Shown one piece after another: positions 13,766 through 27,770 of a DNA stretch of 64,000 nt; the first letter of the stretch is position 1, and each line of letters begins with the position of its first letter. The DNA lies in NCBI GenBank assembly GCA_951406725.2, contig OX597818.1, positions 41,106,001 through 41,170,000 of the forward strand. The letters run 5' to 3'. The DNA is from Octopus vulgaris (Eukaryota). A program made the translations under genes and the position numbers. The notes under the pieces are model-generated. The model searched no databases. It had not been told where the DNA came from and saw only the letters and a program-made list of their open reading frames with translations.

Positions 13766-14920
13766 TCTCGAAATATCGAATGACTGGATGCTAAAGCTCG
13801 TGGAAAATCACGAGGGACGAAAGAAGCTTCATTCTATCATAAAGGAAAGCAAAAAAATTGCTATTGATCTCGTGCAGGATACCCAAACTGAACAACCCGA
13901 GGGAAGTACGGCAACTATTGTTGCAAAGAAGGTGAAAATGATGGCAATGAAAAAAGCGCACGAGCAATTGGCTGATAGGTGGGAGGAGAAACCTCTGCAC
14001 GGCAAATATGTGACCCGCAGCAAACAAGCTGATGTTGACCAGAAGCAAATCCATCAGTAGCTACGGAGCTCAGGGCTAAAAGCAGAGAGCGAAGGTTTCA
14101 TCCTGGCTGCTCAAGATCAAAGCCTATTAACCCGGAACTACCAGGCCAATGTGATGAAAAATGGAGCAGACCCAAAATGCCGATTCTGCAACGACATGAT
14201 TAAAACAGTGGAGCACCTAATCTCTGGATGTAAAGTCTTAGCACCAGTGGAGTATAAATTAAGACATGACAGAGTTGGCCAATATCTCCACTGGCTAATA
14301 AGTCGGCATTACAATATCAAAACTGCCGACAAGTGGTATAATCACCACCCTGAGGCTGTAACTGAAGGAGAAAATGTAACCATTCTGTGGGACTTTCCAG
14401 TACATACAGACCGAACCATCAAGGCCAATAAACCAGATATTGTTGTGAAAGACCAAAACAATAAAGTTTGCTTATTGATCGACATGAGCATCCCCTGTGA
14501 TCATAATATCTCAGCGAAAGAGTTTGACAAGCTCAGAAAATATAAAGACCTACTCATTGAAATTGAGAAAATGTGGCATCTCAAGGCAGTTACAATACCA
14601 GTGATCGTAGGAGCACAAGGAATGATCAAGAAGGAAACCGAAAATTATATGAGAATGATCCCTGGCTTACCATCCCTGCAAGAAGTGCAAAAGATTGTCT
14701 TAACTGGTACATCACACGTATTGAGAAGAGCATTGTCGATGTGAGAACTGTTGCTGCTCATATATTTTAATTTAACTTTAAAAAAAAAAAAAAAAAAAAA
14801 AACCAACGAACTACTGAGTTTGGTTTAATGGCCTACCAATGTATACTATGAGTTTCTTTGCCCTAGGAGTCGGGAAGACACTCGGCAAGAAATGGAAGCA
14901 AATTTGAAAGAAGAAAAAAA
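13765..14920 (+). mobile_element. R4/Dong-clade non-LTR retrotransposon, 5'-truncated 3' end (zinc knuckle + restriction-like endonuclease)
   Basis: Translation gives KPLHGKY..., AAQDQSLLTRNY, CRFC...H...C (CCHC), RHD and KPDIV...IDMS...K..KY (PD-D/ExK RLE). There is an in-frame stop at 14058-14060, and both sides are flanked by (AAT)n, the known Dong-type target. Confidence 0.9.
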
Positions 14921-14945
14921 ATAATAAAATAATAATAATAATAAT

Positions 14946-15063
14946 GCTTACGGCTATATCACGTTGAAAGCGCCGGTTCTCGTCCGATCACCGAAGTTAA
15001 GCAACGTCAAGCCTAGTTAGTACATAGATGGGTAACCGCTTGGAAAACCTAGGCGCTGTAAGC
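14946..15063 (+). rRNA. 5S rRNA-derived sequence (full length, diverged; head of a SINE3-like element rather than a functional gene)
   Basis: gcttacggctatatcacgttgaaagcgccggttctcgtccgatcaccgaagttaagcaacg...gctgtaagc is recognisable ~118-nt 5S. It has substitutions in the box C region and is a single copy, not an array. Confidence 0.85.
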
Positions 15064-15611
15064 GTCACACATTTTTGCCCTGATGCAGTACCAGGCAGTG
15101 GCTCTCGTGGCTTCTGATCTTAACTGATTGGAAATGTTACCATGTACATTGTTTTGTTTTGGTATAAAAGATGGGCTACCACAAATATTCTGCTCAATAC
15201 CACAGATTTGTTTGTCAGTTGTTTGACCTTAACTAGTTGAGCATGTCCCTTAGTGGATGACGTTATGTGCATCTCTGATCACGAGTAAAAGTAGTGGGGG
15301 AACGTCATAGCCATGTGTTGAGAGGGATTCTTTGGGGTTTGAATAATTCACCTCTGGAAACATCCTAAACAACCCTTATTCAGGGACGTTTTGAGCGGGA
15401 TGGGTTATTCGACCAGAAGAAAATTCAAACTGGGCCCCACCTGCAAGGTCTTGTGCTGTTTATCTTGATATGAGATCACCAAGTCGCGCACATATGGTTA
15501 TGATGCATGTGCCTAGTGTACCCTTATCGGACGCGTAGTCATGATGAGTATACTGGGCTTCGTGTATTTTACCCCAGTGTCACTTTGATGGCATGCAATG
15601 CTCTCTCACGC
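14946..15611 (+). mobile_element. 5S-headed SINE3-like element (~665 bp) in (AAT)n
   Basis: The 5S head is followed by a ~550-bp non-coding body, bounded on both sides by (AAT)n and in the same orientation as the flanking Dong fragments. Confidence 0.65.
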
Positions 15612-15632
15612 AATGATAATAATAATAATAAC

Positions 15633-15697
<65 letters not shown>

Positions 15698-15713
15698 CAA
15701 CAACAACAACAAC

Positions 15714-15755
<42 letters not shown>

Positions 15756-15794
15756 TATAATAATAATGATAATAATGATAACAACAACAATAAC

Positions 15795-15871
<77 letters not shown>

Positions 15872-15885
15872 TAATAATAATAATG

Positions 15886-16032
<147 letters not shown>

Positions 16033-16300
16033 TAGAATGTGGAATCTGAAAACAGAAACAATTCCTATCATTAGGCATGATAAAAAATATTCAGACAAAT
16101 ACATAACAAAAACACCAGGACTTACAAACACATATAACATACAGAAAATTGCACTACTAGGCACTGCACACATCCTACGCAGAACACTTTCCATACAATA
16201 ACCATCAGAGCATCACAACAAATCACAGCACAGCACATACCCAAGGCACACAGAGCTGCGCTCGGTAGTGAAATGAAAGCACGCTATAAAAATAAAACTA

Positions 16301-16304
<4 letters not shown>
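16033..16304 (+). mobile_element. Second R4/Dong-type family, extreme 3' end
   Basis: It translates, with a frameshift, as MWNLKTETIPII..GMIKK...IQKIALLGTAHILRRTLS*, homologous to the end of the 14151-14744 ORF. It is flanked by (AAT)n. Confidence 0.85.
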
Positions 16305-16386
<82 letters not shown>

Positions 16387-16408
16387 TAACAATAATAATA
16401 ATAATAAC

Positions 16409-16499
<91 letters not shown>

Positions 16500-17142
16500 T
16501 TCGGTAGGATTATTATTATCATTAGTGAATTGCTCCCTTGGAAGTATCGACACTCAACTACCAATGTGGCTCAGAAAGATTGGTACAAATGTATAGCTAG
16601 AAAACCTATGAGCACTCGACCCAACCATGTTCATGGGATTTAAGTGTATATAAATAGACTCAACGAAAGTTTATATAACATTTTACAAACTGGCGCTCTC
16701 AAGAGCTGTCATAAAGATTTAAATTCGGTAGGAGCTGCTATGTAACAACATACTTCCTAACAGCTAGTAAACAATTAGGAAACACAAAATTGTTTACACT
16801 ACGCTTCGTATAAAAAAAATGTTCTAAACACTTGCTGCAAACAAGACATACAAGCGTCCATTATTTGAATACACAATAAAAGTCAATTTTACTCGTAACA
16901 TCCATTAATCATTGAATTCAATTAGATTAGGCATTTACTATCTCGCTACTTGCCTCGTCAAGAGATTTGTTTGGGATTACACGTGCATGTAAATGTTTGT
17001 GTGTATGTGTGTGTGTTGTGTGTATTTATGTATCTGTTTGTGCGTGCGTGTGCGTATGAATATATATTATGTATATGCATGTGTATAAAAAATAGATATA
17101 TATATATATATATATATACTCATATATACATGCATGTACACA

Positions 17143-17446
<304 letters not shown>

Positions 17447-18054
17447 GTTCTTTCACTTTCACCAAGAAACTACTGCAATGCACTACATCACACAACACAA
17501 AACCATGAAGCTAGTGAGCAAAATATAGAAACTAACACATCTATTAATACAGATTTTACTCATAAACAAGTGACATTTTATGGTGGCAGCCATATTAAAA
17601 GCACAGCAGATGATAAAAATACAAGCAGAGATAATGCCACAACATTTAACTCCGACTAAAATTTCTATATGTATTACACTGGCTCTGACTACTGTAGAGA
17701 AACAGCAACCCATCGCAACATCTTTCCGACCAGAAGATGAGATCCTGACTATGAAGATATTGAACTGTTGATTATGGATTTCTGAACGGGGAAGTGGGTG
17801 GGTAAGTCGATTACATTGACCCCAGTGCTCGACTGGTACTTATTTTATCGAAACGTAAAGTGGACAACGGTTGAATTTGAGCTCAGAATGTGAATACGGA
17901 CGAAGTTCCACTAAGCGCTTTGCTCGAAGTGCTAACAGTTCAGCCAGTTCGTTATCTTAAAAGAAAAATTACGAAAAATATTAAAATACTTTAAGAACTA
18001 TAGACTAATGCACATTTTTGTTTTCACGCCAATATATATGCATATGTATATATA

Positions 18055-18212
<158 letters not shown>

Positions 18213-18857
18213 GCGTGTGTGTAGATAGACAGATAGATAGATAGATAGATAGAGACAGACAGACAGACAGTCAGACAGACAGACAGACAGACAGACAGTC
18301 AGATATAAAGATGTGCGTGTGTGTAATACATACATTCAGGCATTTATATGCATGTATATATATATATATATGCATTGTGTTATATATACGTCTATATGTA
18401 TATATTTATATACCATATACATGTAAGCTTGTGTATAATATATTATATGCCAATACATGTGTGCTTTTGTGCATATGAGTGTGTGTGTGGTGGGGGCCTA
18501 TGTAAATGTGCGTTTACGCATGTCTGTAGGAAGAAGATTCGCCCGAACCGAGTCTGACGAGCATAAAACGCTAATGAGACCCCTCTATCTTGTAATGACA
18601 ACACAATTAGAGTTGCTTCCATGTTCGTAGCTCCGTGTCCAGTTTTGTTGGTTTTGAATTGAAGAAGGAGTTAACGAAGCTGAAGTCACCAGAATAGCAA
18701 CACAAATCACCCTGTTTTCTTAGTAAGCAAACGAAGTCACGTGTCTGTGTGTCCAGAGAACTGTGAAACATGGTTGTATAATAGCAGTTAGCGCCTTTGT
18801 GCTATGATTGACTGCCAGGCTGTCTCACAACACATACTCACTCTTTAGACATTTCTG

Positions 18858-18937
<80 letters not shown>

Positions 18938-18964
18938 CCTATCTCCCTCCATCTCTCTCTCCCC

Positions 18965-18997
<33 letters not shown>

Positions 18998-19139
18998 CAC
19001 ACATATGTATATAAACATATATATATACACATATATATATTCCAACTTCACTTACATTCACTCAGGCAAATAAACATACATACACACATATATTCATATC
19101 ATATAATCATATATATGTGTGTGTGTATATGTATGTATG

Positions 19140-19804
<665 letters not shown>

Positions 19805-20460
19805 ATATATATATATATATATATATAAGAATATACATACGTATGTATGTGTCTGTGCATGTATAGATAGATATATGTGAGTGTGTGTGGGGATGTATAC
19901 ATATATACATACATACGTATGTACGTACATACATACTATATACATACATAAATTCCTACATACATACTTATATGCAAAACAAATGCAGATATCGTAAAGT
20001 ATCCTTTAAATATTCAATAGTATAATTTTCGCTACACACACTCAGACACACATACATATGCACTCACACCCGTATATACACACATACAAACATAAGAATA
20101 TCATTAATCCATATATATAAGCAATTTGCCTCTTACATTGACACTTTATAAAAGACATCTAACGAAATACCCAACATGCAATGCTGAAGCATAAAACATT
20201 GGATTGACTCCATTATATGACAGATACTTATTCCTATTTCGATGGATAATCCACTTTGGCTAGGATAAGGGCTCCGTTTCTTCAATAGTTGGAAGAATTT
20301 GTATACGTACACGGAGAAGAACTGGATGTTATTATATTCATATGTCTAAAGTTTGTTGGTGTGGTAAATGAAATAAATAGCCCCAAGTTCGAATCGAAAC
20401 CAGACCGCACAGTCAAGTCATAGTATGTTTGCTTCGATGTCTTCCACATTGATGCTGAGA

Positions 20461-20780
20461 CTCCCTTCGGTCATGACTGACCATGGGATTGCACCTAGAA
20501 AGTTACCATCCCGGGCAAGGTTGTTTTATGGAAGACCAGTAATTGCCCATGCATACCAGCCTCCCCTCTTCACGCCACCGATGTTATCCAAAGGAAAGGC
20601 AAAGGCCGATACAGCTTGGCACCTGTAACGTCGAAACTCATTTCAACAGCTGAGTGAACTGGAGCAACATGAAATAAAGTGTCTTGCTCAAGAACACAAC
20701 ACGCAGCCCGGTCCGTGATTCGAACTCACAGCCTCACGATCGTAAGCTCGACGCTCTAACCACTGGGTCATGTGCCTCCA
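20461..20780 (-). mobile_element. tRNA-derived SINE family D
   Basis: The minus-strand head is tggaggcacatgacccagtggttagagcg...gagttcgaatc, followed by ttgagcaagacactt. Copies are at 57253-57588 and 58373-58677. Confidence 0.85.
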
Positions 20781-21736
20781 CATTACTAATCAGTAAATCA
20801 CACAATAAAACCGAATAGAGCAGCGTTACTCAACCATTTCTTATTTATGGACCCCTTTGATTATTGTCTTATTCTAATTTCTTTATTGCCCACAATGGGT
20901 TAAACATAGAGGGGACAAGCAAGGACAATTATTGTTTTATTCTGGTGAACCCACCTTTATAACAATTCGATATCGATGTCTAAAAACATGTTTTATAGAA
21001 ACTTTTTCAAAATACATCGAAGGCAAAATTTTTTCATGGACATTTTATATATTACTGTATTTACTATATTGTTTGCGTGGATCTCCAGAAATCTTATATG
21101 GACCCTCAGGACAGGGTACTTGTAAATTACCCTCTAGCTCCAAAAATAAACTCATGTTGTTTTGCATCTGGTTTGCAAAATCTATGGTGTGAATTCGTGA
21201 GTTGAAACAAATTGTGTTTTATCTGAAGAGAGTCAATATGCTAATAGTAAACACAGGTTGTGTTGCTTTCTTTCTTTTTTTTTTTTTGGTCAATTAATTA
21301 ACTATGTAACCAATTAACTAATCGATTATTTGATTAATCGTTCGGTCAATCAATGGGACAGCTAGGTTTGTCGAAGCCCTTTCGCAGCTATTCGCGATCT
21401 CATCAATAACAGCTCTCTCGCTCTCATTCTGTTCCAGGTCTACTTCAGGTCTGCACAAATTGATTGTTTAGACAAACGATTAATCAAGGATCTGGTGTGA
21501 ATGTGTGCTTCAAAATGTAAACGAAACTTTATAATGTGAACTGAGGAACTTATCGGTTTCTATGTGTGTTTCTGTGCATGTGTGTGTGTATGTAGATAAA
21601 TGTATAGATAAAACTTACTTGGAAGTGGGTGCGTGGCTTTCTATCATATAATAACAAATTAATAAATAAAACATATTCATACAGACATACATACATGTGC
21701 ATACCTACAACTATATGTATATATACATGCATATAT

Positions 21737-22065
21737 GGGTACAGGACACCAAAAAATCGTAGAAAACAACGAGAAACGAAAGCATAAAAACAAAAACATG
21801 GAAACGGACTTTTTCAAACAACGAAAAAACAGAGTACAAAACATACGACACAAGGAACATTCCCCTCTTCAGCTGCCTCTTCTTCGACTACTCCGTGTTT
21901 CGAAGGTAAGGGCAAGACAGGACTCAGTTGAAACAGTCCTTCCCGCAAAGCAAATTAAATAAAATTTGGGATTTTTTGCGGAGGGGTAAAATGTTGACAA
22001 GAACAGGAGAGAAAAAACAAAACAAGACAGTAAAAGCAATACAAATATAAACAGTAAAAGACAGA
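21737..22065 (-). mobile_element. Diverged relative of the 37447-38910 direct-repeat element
   Basis: Shared blocks are ttttacccct..gc.aaaa, ccttcgaaac, ctgaaga..ggg and the terminal tttttggtgtcctgtac. It is bounded by TA-rich microsatellites. Confidence 0.7.
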
Positions 22066-22099
22066 CACACACATAGACATACGTACACGTATACATACA

Positions 22100-22203
<104 letters not shown>

Positions 22204-22219
22204 TGCATGTATGTGTGTG

Positions 22220-22345
22220 TATCCGAAGAAGAGCTACGCTTGAAACGTAAAGCAACAACTCTTTTCCTTCTCCGAGCGTCTTATTATTTCTTTGTATGTG
22301 CTACGTCCTCGCGTTGCAATTTTATTCGTTGTTTTTTTTCTCCGT
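22220..22345 (+). mobile_element. Solo pLTR remnant related to the Penelope-like element
   Basis: CCGAAGA-a-gagc(tac)gctt-GAA-ACGT-A followed by tttcc...gagcgtc, resembling 28618-28680. A further remnant lies at ~34765-34830. Confidence 0.5.
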
Positions 22346-22463
22346 TTTTTAAAATTTTATTCTTTGATTCTATTGTCTCAGCAAATCGACCAAGGAGCCA
22401 TATGGTTGGTAAGCAAGCTACTTACTACACAACCACTCCTGCGCCACTCCTGTATATGTATGC

Positions 22464-22531
<68 letters not shown>

Positions 22532-22534
<3 letters not shown>

Positions 22535-22684
22535 TGCAGGAGTGGCTGTGTGGAAAGTAGCTTGCTTACCAACCACATGGTTCCGGGTTCAGTCCCACTG
22601 CGTGACACCTTGGGCAAGTGCTTGGGGCCGACAAAAGCCTTGTGAGTGGATTTGGTAGACGGAAACTGAAAGAAGCCCGTCGTA
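22532..22684 (+). mobile_element. SINE family A 5' part
   Basis: aggtgcaggagtggctgtgtgg...ggttccgggttcagtccc...aagaagcccgtcgta. Confidence 0.85.
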
Positions 22685-22723
22685 TATATTTATATGTATG
22701 TATATTCCAATGAAGGAGCCTTG

Positions 22724-22845
22724 GATCCACTCACAAGGCTTTGCTCGGCCCGAGGCTATATTAGAAAACACTTGCCCAAGGTGCCACGAAGTAGGAATGA
22801 ACCCGGAACCATGTGGTTGGTATGCAAGCTACTTAGCGTTCAGCC

Positions 22846-22846
<1 letters not shown>
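22724..22846 (-). mobile_element. SINE family A fragment, inverted relative to the 22532 copy
   Basis: atccactcacaaggctttg.tcggcccgaggctata...cacttgcccaaggtgccacg...acccggaaccatgtggttggta is the reverse complement of family A. Confidence 0.85.
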
Positions 22847-22897
<51 letters not shown>

Positions 22898-24141
22898 GTA
22901 TACATAAGCTACATATACGCGCGCACGGATGTATGTGCTTATATACGTGTATGGATATATGTACATCTACATGCACGCATGTATAAATGTGCGAGTGCTT
23001 ACATGTACACACTCACATACACACACATATATATATGTATGTATATACACTTATAGATATGTGTGTATGTGTGTATGTATGTATACATATTGTGTGTTTG
23101 TATGTAACTGATCAGAAACACATGCACATAATGCGCTTGAAACCGTATACATACATATATACATACATACATAGATACATACATTCATTCATACATACAT
23201 ACATACATACATCCATACATACATACACGCATGCATCCTTACATACATGCATGCATACGTATCAATGTATGTAAGAAAGATTCAGAACTCAAATTGCAAC
23301 AAAGACACCAATAACAATACAGCAAAAGTTTCTGTGCATTTTCATATATATACATACATATATATATTTACTTATTTATTTATTTTTGCTGCGGAATGAA
23401 TCCGTTTAGAAGCGTGAAGAAGGAACCCAATTGGGTGGTGGTGGCACTTTTCAATAACAATTGAAAACAATAATAGGAGTGGAAAAGCGAGAGAAAGGAG
23501 AAAAAATACTGCTTGGGGCAAACTAATTGCAAAGGAGCCATTAATTCGACGTGCTAAACAGAGATTTCTCTGTAGAAGAGAGTTACAAATTGTATAGATA
23601 AACATCGTTTTCCGGTGGCCAAGTAATACACTGCTACAGTAAACCAGCGAACAAATCTAACAAGCTGTCCAGAGAACTACTGCAACGCAACATCGTGTTG
23701 GATTTATTTTCTTTAAATGTCTTTCTTTTCTTATTTTTAGTCTTATCTCACTCTTTCTTTTCAATCTTTGATTGCCCGCTCGCTGTATATCGTCGAACAG
23801 AAGATAGAATTAGTTTGCAGACGACCAATACATACAAAGAGATCTGCATCCACTACTTATTATCTTCAGTGAGTCTTAGTTTAGGGAATTTTTGTTCATT
23901 TTTTTTTTGTGTTTTGTCTGTTTATTTGCTTCTTTCTTTGTCTTTGTGTTACGTGTATTTTTACCAAATTTCTTGATTCTTCCTCTTTCTCTGTTCACCA
24001 TTTTTTCCTTCTCGTACAAGCACAGACACACACACTCGTACACGCATTGACCACTCGTACTGGCACGTACACAGACACACACACACACATATACATAATC
24101 ATACATACATACATACATACATACATACATACATACATACA

Positions 24142-24177
<36 letters not shown>

Positions 24178-24713
24178 CATACATACATTAACGTGCACAA
24201 AGGCAAAGTCATACATGCATTCATAGATATGCGCATGTATTTGCATCTAATTTTATCCTTATATGCGCAAGCATATCAGTGCTTAAGAATATCGCTTCAA
24301 AACCGTGTGCTTTCGGGTTCAGTTTCACTCTGCCGCATCGCGGGCGAGTCTCTGCTACTACTGGTACTACTGCTACTACTCCGACCAATGCCTTGTGAGT
24401 TAATTTTTTTTAGAGAGAATGTAGAAGCCTATACTGTATGTATGTATGTATGTATGTATGTATGTATGTATGTATGTATGTATGTATGTATGTGTGTCAT
24501 TATTCAGTTTCTTTCAAGATCTCTTGCCAATAGAGAGGAGCTGGTTTCTAATCTAGATCCAAGGCTCTCCATTGGAATTTCAACATCAACAACAGGGTAT
24601 TTTTCTTTGCTTGTATGTATGTATGTATGTATGTATGTATGTATGTATGCATGTATGTATGTATGTATGTATGTATGTATGTATGTATGTACGTACGTAC
24701 GTACGTACGTACG

Positions 24714-24747
<34 letters not shown>

Positions 24748-24979
24748 TGTATGTATGTACGTACGTACGTATGTGTGTCTGTATGTATGTATGTATGTAC
24801 GTATGTATGTATGTATGTATGTATGTATGTATGTATGTATGTATGTACGTATGTATGAGTGTGTTTGTGTGCTTGTGTTTTCTCCATATCACTGCTTGAC
24901 AACCGGTGTTGGTTTGTTTATGTCTCGGTTACATAGCGGTTCTCCAATATCGGTTGGTAGAATATTGGAGAACACACAT

Positions 24980-25615
24980 ATAATCGACTTCATCCGTTTG
25001 TCTGTCCCTGTTTGTCCTCTCTGTGTTTAGCCCCTTGTGGGTAGTAAAGAAATAGAAATAGGTATTTCGTCTGCCGTTACGTTGTGAGTTCAAATTCCGC
25101 CGAGGTCGACTTTGCCTTTTACCCTTTCGGGTTCGATTAAAGAAGTACCAGTTACGCACTGAGGTCGATATAATCGACTTAATCCGTTTGTCTGTCCTTG
25201 TTTGTTATCTTTGTGTTTAGCCCCTTGTGGGTAGTAAAGAAATGGGTATTTCGCCTGCCGTTACGCTCTGGGTTCAAATTCCACCGAGGTCGACGTTGCC
25301 TTTCATCATTTCGGGTTCGATAAATTAAGTACCAGTTACGCACTAGGGTTGATATAATCGACTTAATCTGTTTGTCTGTCCTTGTTTGTCCTCTCTGTGT
25401 TTAGCCCCTTGTGGGTCGTAAAGAAATAGGTATTTCGTTTGCCGTTACATTCTGAGTTCAAATTCCGCCGAGGTCGACTTTGCCTTTCATCCTTTCGGGG
25501 TCGATAAATAAAGTACCATTTACGCACTGGGGTCGATGTAACCGACTTAGCCCCTTTGTCTGTCCTTGTTTGTCCCCTCTATGTTTAGCCCTTTGTGGGC
25601 AATAAAGGAATATGA
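24980..25615 (+). mobile_element. Tandem multimer (~185-bp period, ~3.4 units) of SINE family B lacking heads
   Basis: The unit gtatttcg...gttcaaattcc...gtcgac...ttagccccttgtggg...aaagaaat starts at about 25061, 25246 and 25430. Confidence 0.9.
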
Positions 25616-26253
25616 AACATCATTCGTAACACTGAGTCGGGATCACCGTCGTCGTCGTTATAATTTGAGGCTGTTGACCCCAGGACTGTCCTGAGTGAGT
25701 AGTCATACGATCAAAGGTATTCCATCCGTGCCATATTGTCTTTTCATAAATTTAGGACTTCGCTACCCCCCATGTCTTGTCTTTTCTTTAAGAAGTTGGA
25801 TTTTGATTTGACGGTAGATTTGACTACTATTTCTCGCACTTGACGGCAGGTCGATGTATACTTTGCATAGAAGATTCACCTCGGCTTTATTTAACATCGT
25901 TATATACCAATCAATTCAGACTTTTCTTTTCACTCTATTGATTCTTTCTTCCATCTGTATCATAACATATCTAATAAACAGACATTGGTAAAAGCCTGAT
26001 TTAACATGATATCTCCTTATACACATGCTGATTCTATCGCTATCCGATTAATGTAGTAGTTTTCCCCGTTGTACAACGATACGTTTAAGTGAGGCCGCAT
26101 TCGCTGAAGGGTAAGCAAGTAGAGTCAAACATGAGAATATAACTTTAAAAGAACTGACAAGAGACGGCGATTAAACGTAGCAAAAACGGCGATACATGTA
26201 CATACTTTCATATCTAACCAAACACACAGAAACGTGTGTATGAAGATATGAGC

Positions 26254-26325
<72 letters not shown>

Positions 26326-26366
26326 CTTTGTGTGTGTGTGTATGTGTATATATATATATATACATA

Positions 26367-26554
26367 GGGAGAGTTTACGAAAAGAAAAGACGAAAACAGA
26401 TGGTGTACAAAACAAACAGATGTATTAGTATAACGCTCAGGAATAGAAAAAGTATTTTACATTTCGAGCCAACGCTCTTCTACAGAAAGGGACACAGAAA
26501 AAAAACAAGGAGAGAAAAAGAATGTGTGTAGTGGCTAACGATTTATCATGGCGA
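26367..26554 (-). mobile_element. Inverted partial pseudo-LTR at the 5' junction of the Penelope-like element
   Basis: The reverse complement aligns with 28541-28748 (tcgccatg...tcgttagc.act...gaagagcgt.ggctcgaaa.gt...tcctgagcg..atactaataca) and abuts the RT at 26555. Confidence 0.85.
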
Positions 26555-27770
26555 CTGAACTTGTCCTTACTCTGAACTGCTTCTCGTTCGCGGGCGAGTT
26601 CTACCATCAGGTCTCGGGAGTGGCCATGGGAACGCGAATGGGCCCCAACTATGCGAACCTGTTCGTTGGCTATGTTGAGGCCCAAATATTCTCTAATTTC
26701 ACTGGTCCCACTCCTGAACTATATGGTCGTTATATTGACGACATTATCGGTGCCACCTCACTCTCCCGCGAACATCTAGATTCCTTCCTCTCTTTCGTCC
26801 AATCTTTCCATCCAGCCCTCCACTTCACTTCCACTATCTCCAACACCTCTGTCTCCTTCCTCGACATTTCGGTTAGCATTCTTCACTCCACTCTTACCAC
26901 CTCCATTCACTACAAACACACAGACTCACACTCATACCTCAACTTCTCTTCCTCCCACCCAGAACACACCAAGCTTTCCATCCCCTATTCCCAATTCCTC
27001 CGTCTACGTAGGCTCTGTAGTGACGACCATGACTTTGAGACTCAGTCTCAACGTATGGCTCACCACTTCACCCTACGTGGATACCCCCTCACCACTATCC
27101 ACACCGCCCTTGCCAGAGCACGGTCCGTGGACCGTGTATCTGCTCTCTCTCCCCGAACCCGCCCTGTAGTCTCCCGCCTCCCTTTTCCCCTCACTTACCA
27201 CCCCACGACCCTACGTCTCCAACGCACCATTCTTCGAGCTTTCCGTCATCTCCAGTCCGACCCGTCCACTTCACACCTCTTCCCTAACCGACCCCTCCCT
27301 CTTTCAAACGAGCCCACAACCTTCGAGACCTTTTGGTCCATAGCTCCTTCCCTGACCCTACCTCCCAACCCGGCTCGTTCCCCTGCTCCCGCCCACGTTG
27401 CCGCACTTGCCCTTACCTCTCCAACACCACCCGCCTCACTAGCACCCACCATCGACCCTATCCCATCATCCACTCCTTCACCTGCACCTCCAGCAATATT
27501 ATCTATTGCATCTCTTGCTCTCTCTGCAATTCCTTGTACATCGGACAAACGGGACGCCGCTTGGCTGACCGGTTCGCGGAACACCTTCGTGACATCCACC
27601 TTGCGAACGACACACCGGTCTCACGCCATTTCCGCTCCACCGGTCACTCTGTGTTCGGTTTGTCCTTACACAGAGGCCATCCGGATTCCCGTTTGCGCCG
27701 TGAACAGGAATTAATCTTCTCTCTTCGCTCTTATACGCCATTTGGTCTCAACTCTCCCCCCTCCTCATCT
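26555..27770 (+). pseudogene. Penelope-like element (Neptune-type) RT + GIY-YIG endonuclease, 5'-truncated, one frameshift near 27300
   Basis: Translation gives GVAMGTRMGPNYANLF, RYIDD, SFLD and YLNFSSSHP...SIPYSQFLRLRRLCS. A linker PCSRPRCRTC is followed by IIYCISCSLCNSLYIGQTGRRLADRFAEH...RHF...H and a terminal P.GLN. The listed ATG at 26548 comes from the inverted pLTR junction. Confidence 0.93.

Noticed and set aside
14946-15063. Functional 5S rRNA gene
   Set aside because: It is a single diverged copy with box C-region changes, embedded in (AAT)n among retroelements.
21360-21415. Minus-strand TTGATGA...GAAAGGGCTTC hammerhead-like motif
   Set aside because: Stems I-III are all poor and there is no second copy in the window.
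24980-25615. CRISPR-like or hammerhead retrozyme array
   Set aside because: The context is eukaryotic, whole units repeat with no unique spacers, and I found no CUGANGA/GAAA hammerhead core in the unit.
26548-27714. 388-aa ORF as an intact protein
   Set aside because: The ATG comes from the inverted pLTR junction, the RT is 5'-truncated, and the sequence after ~27300 is out of frame.
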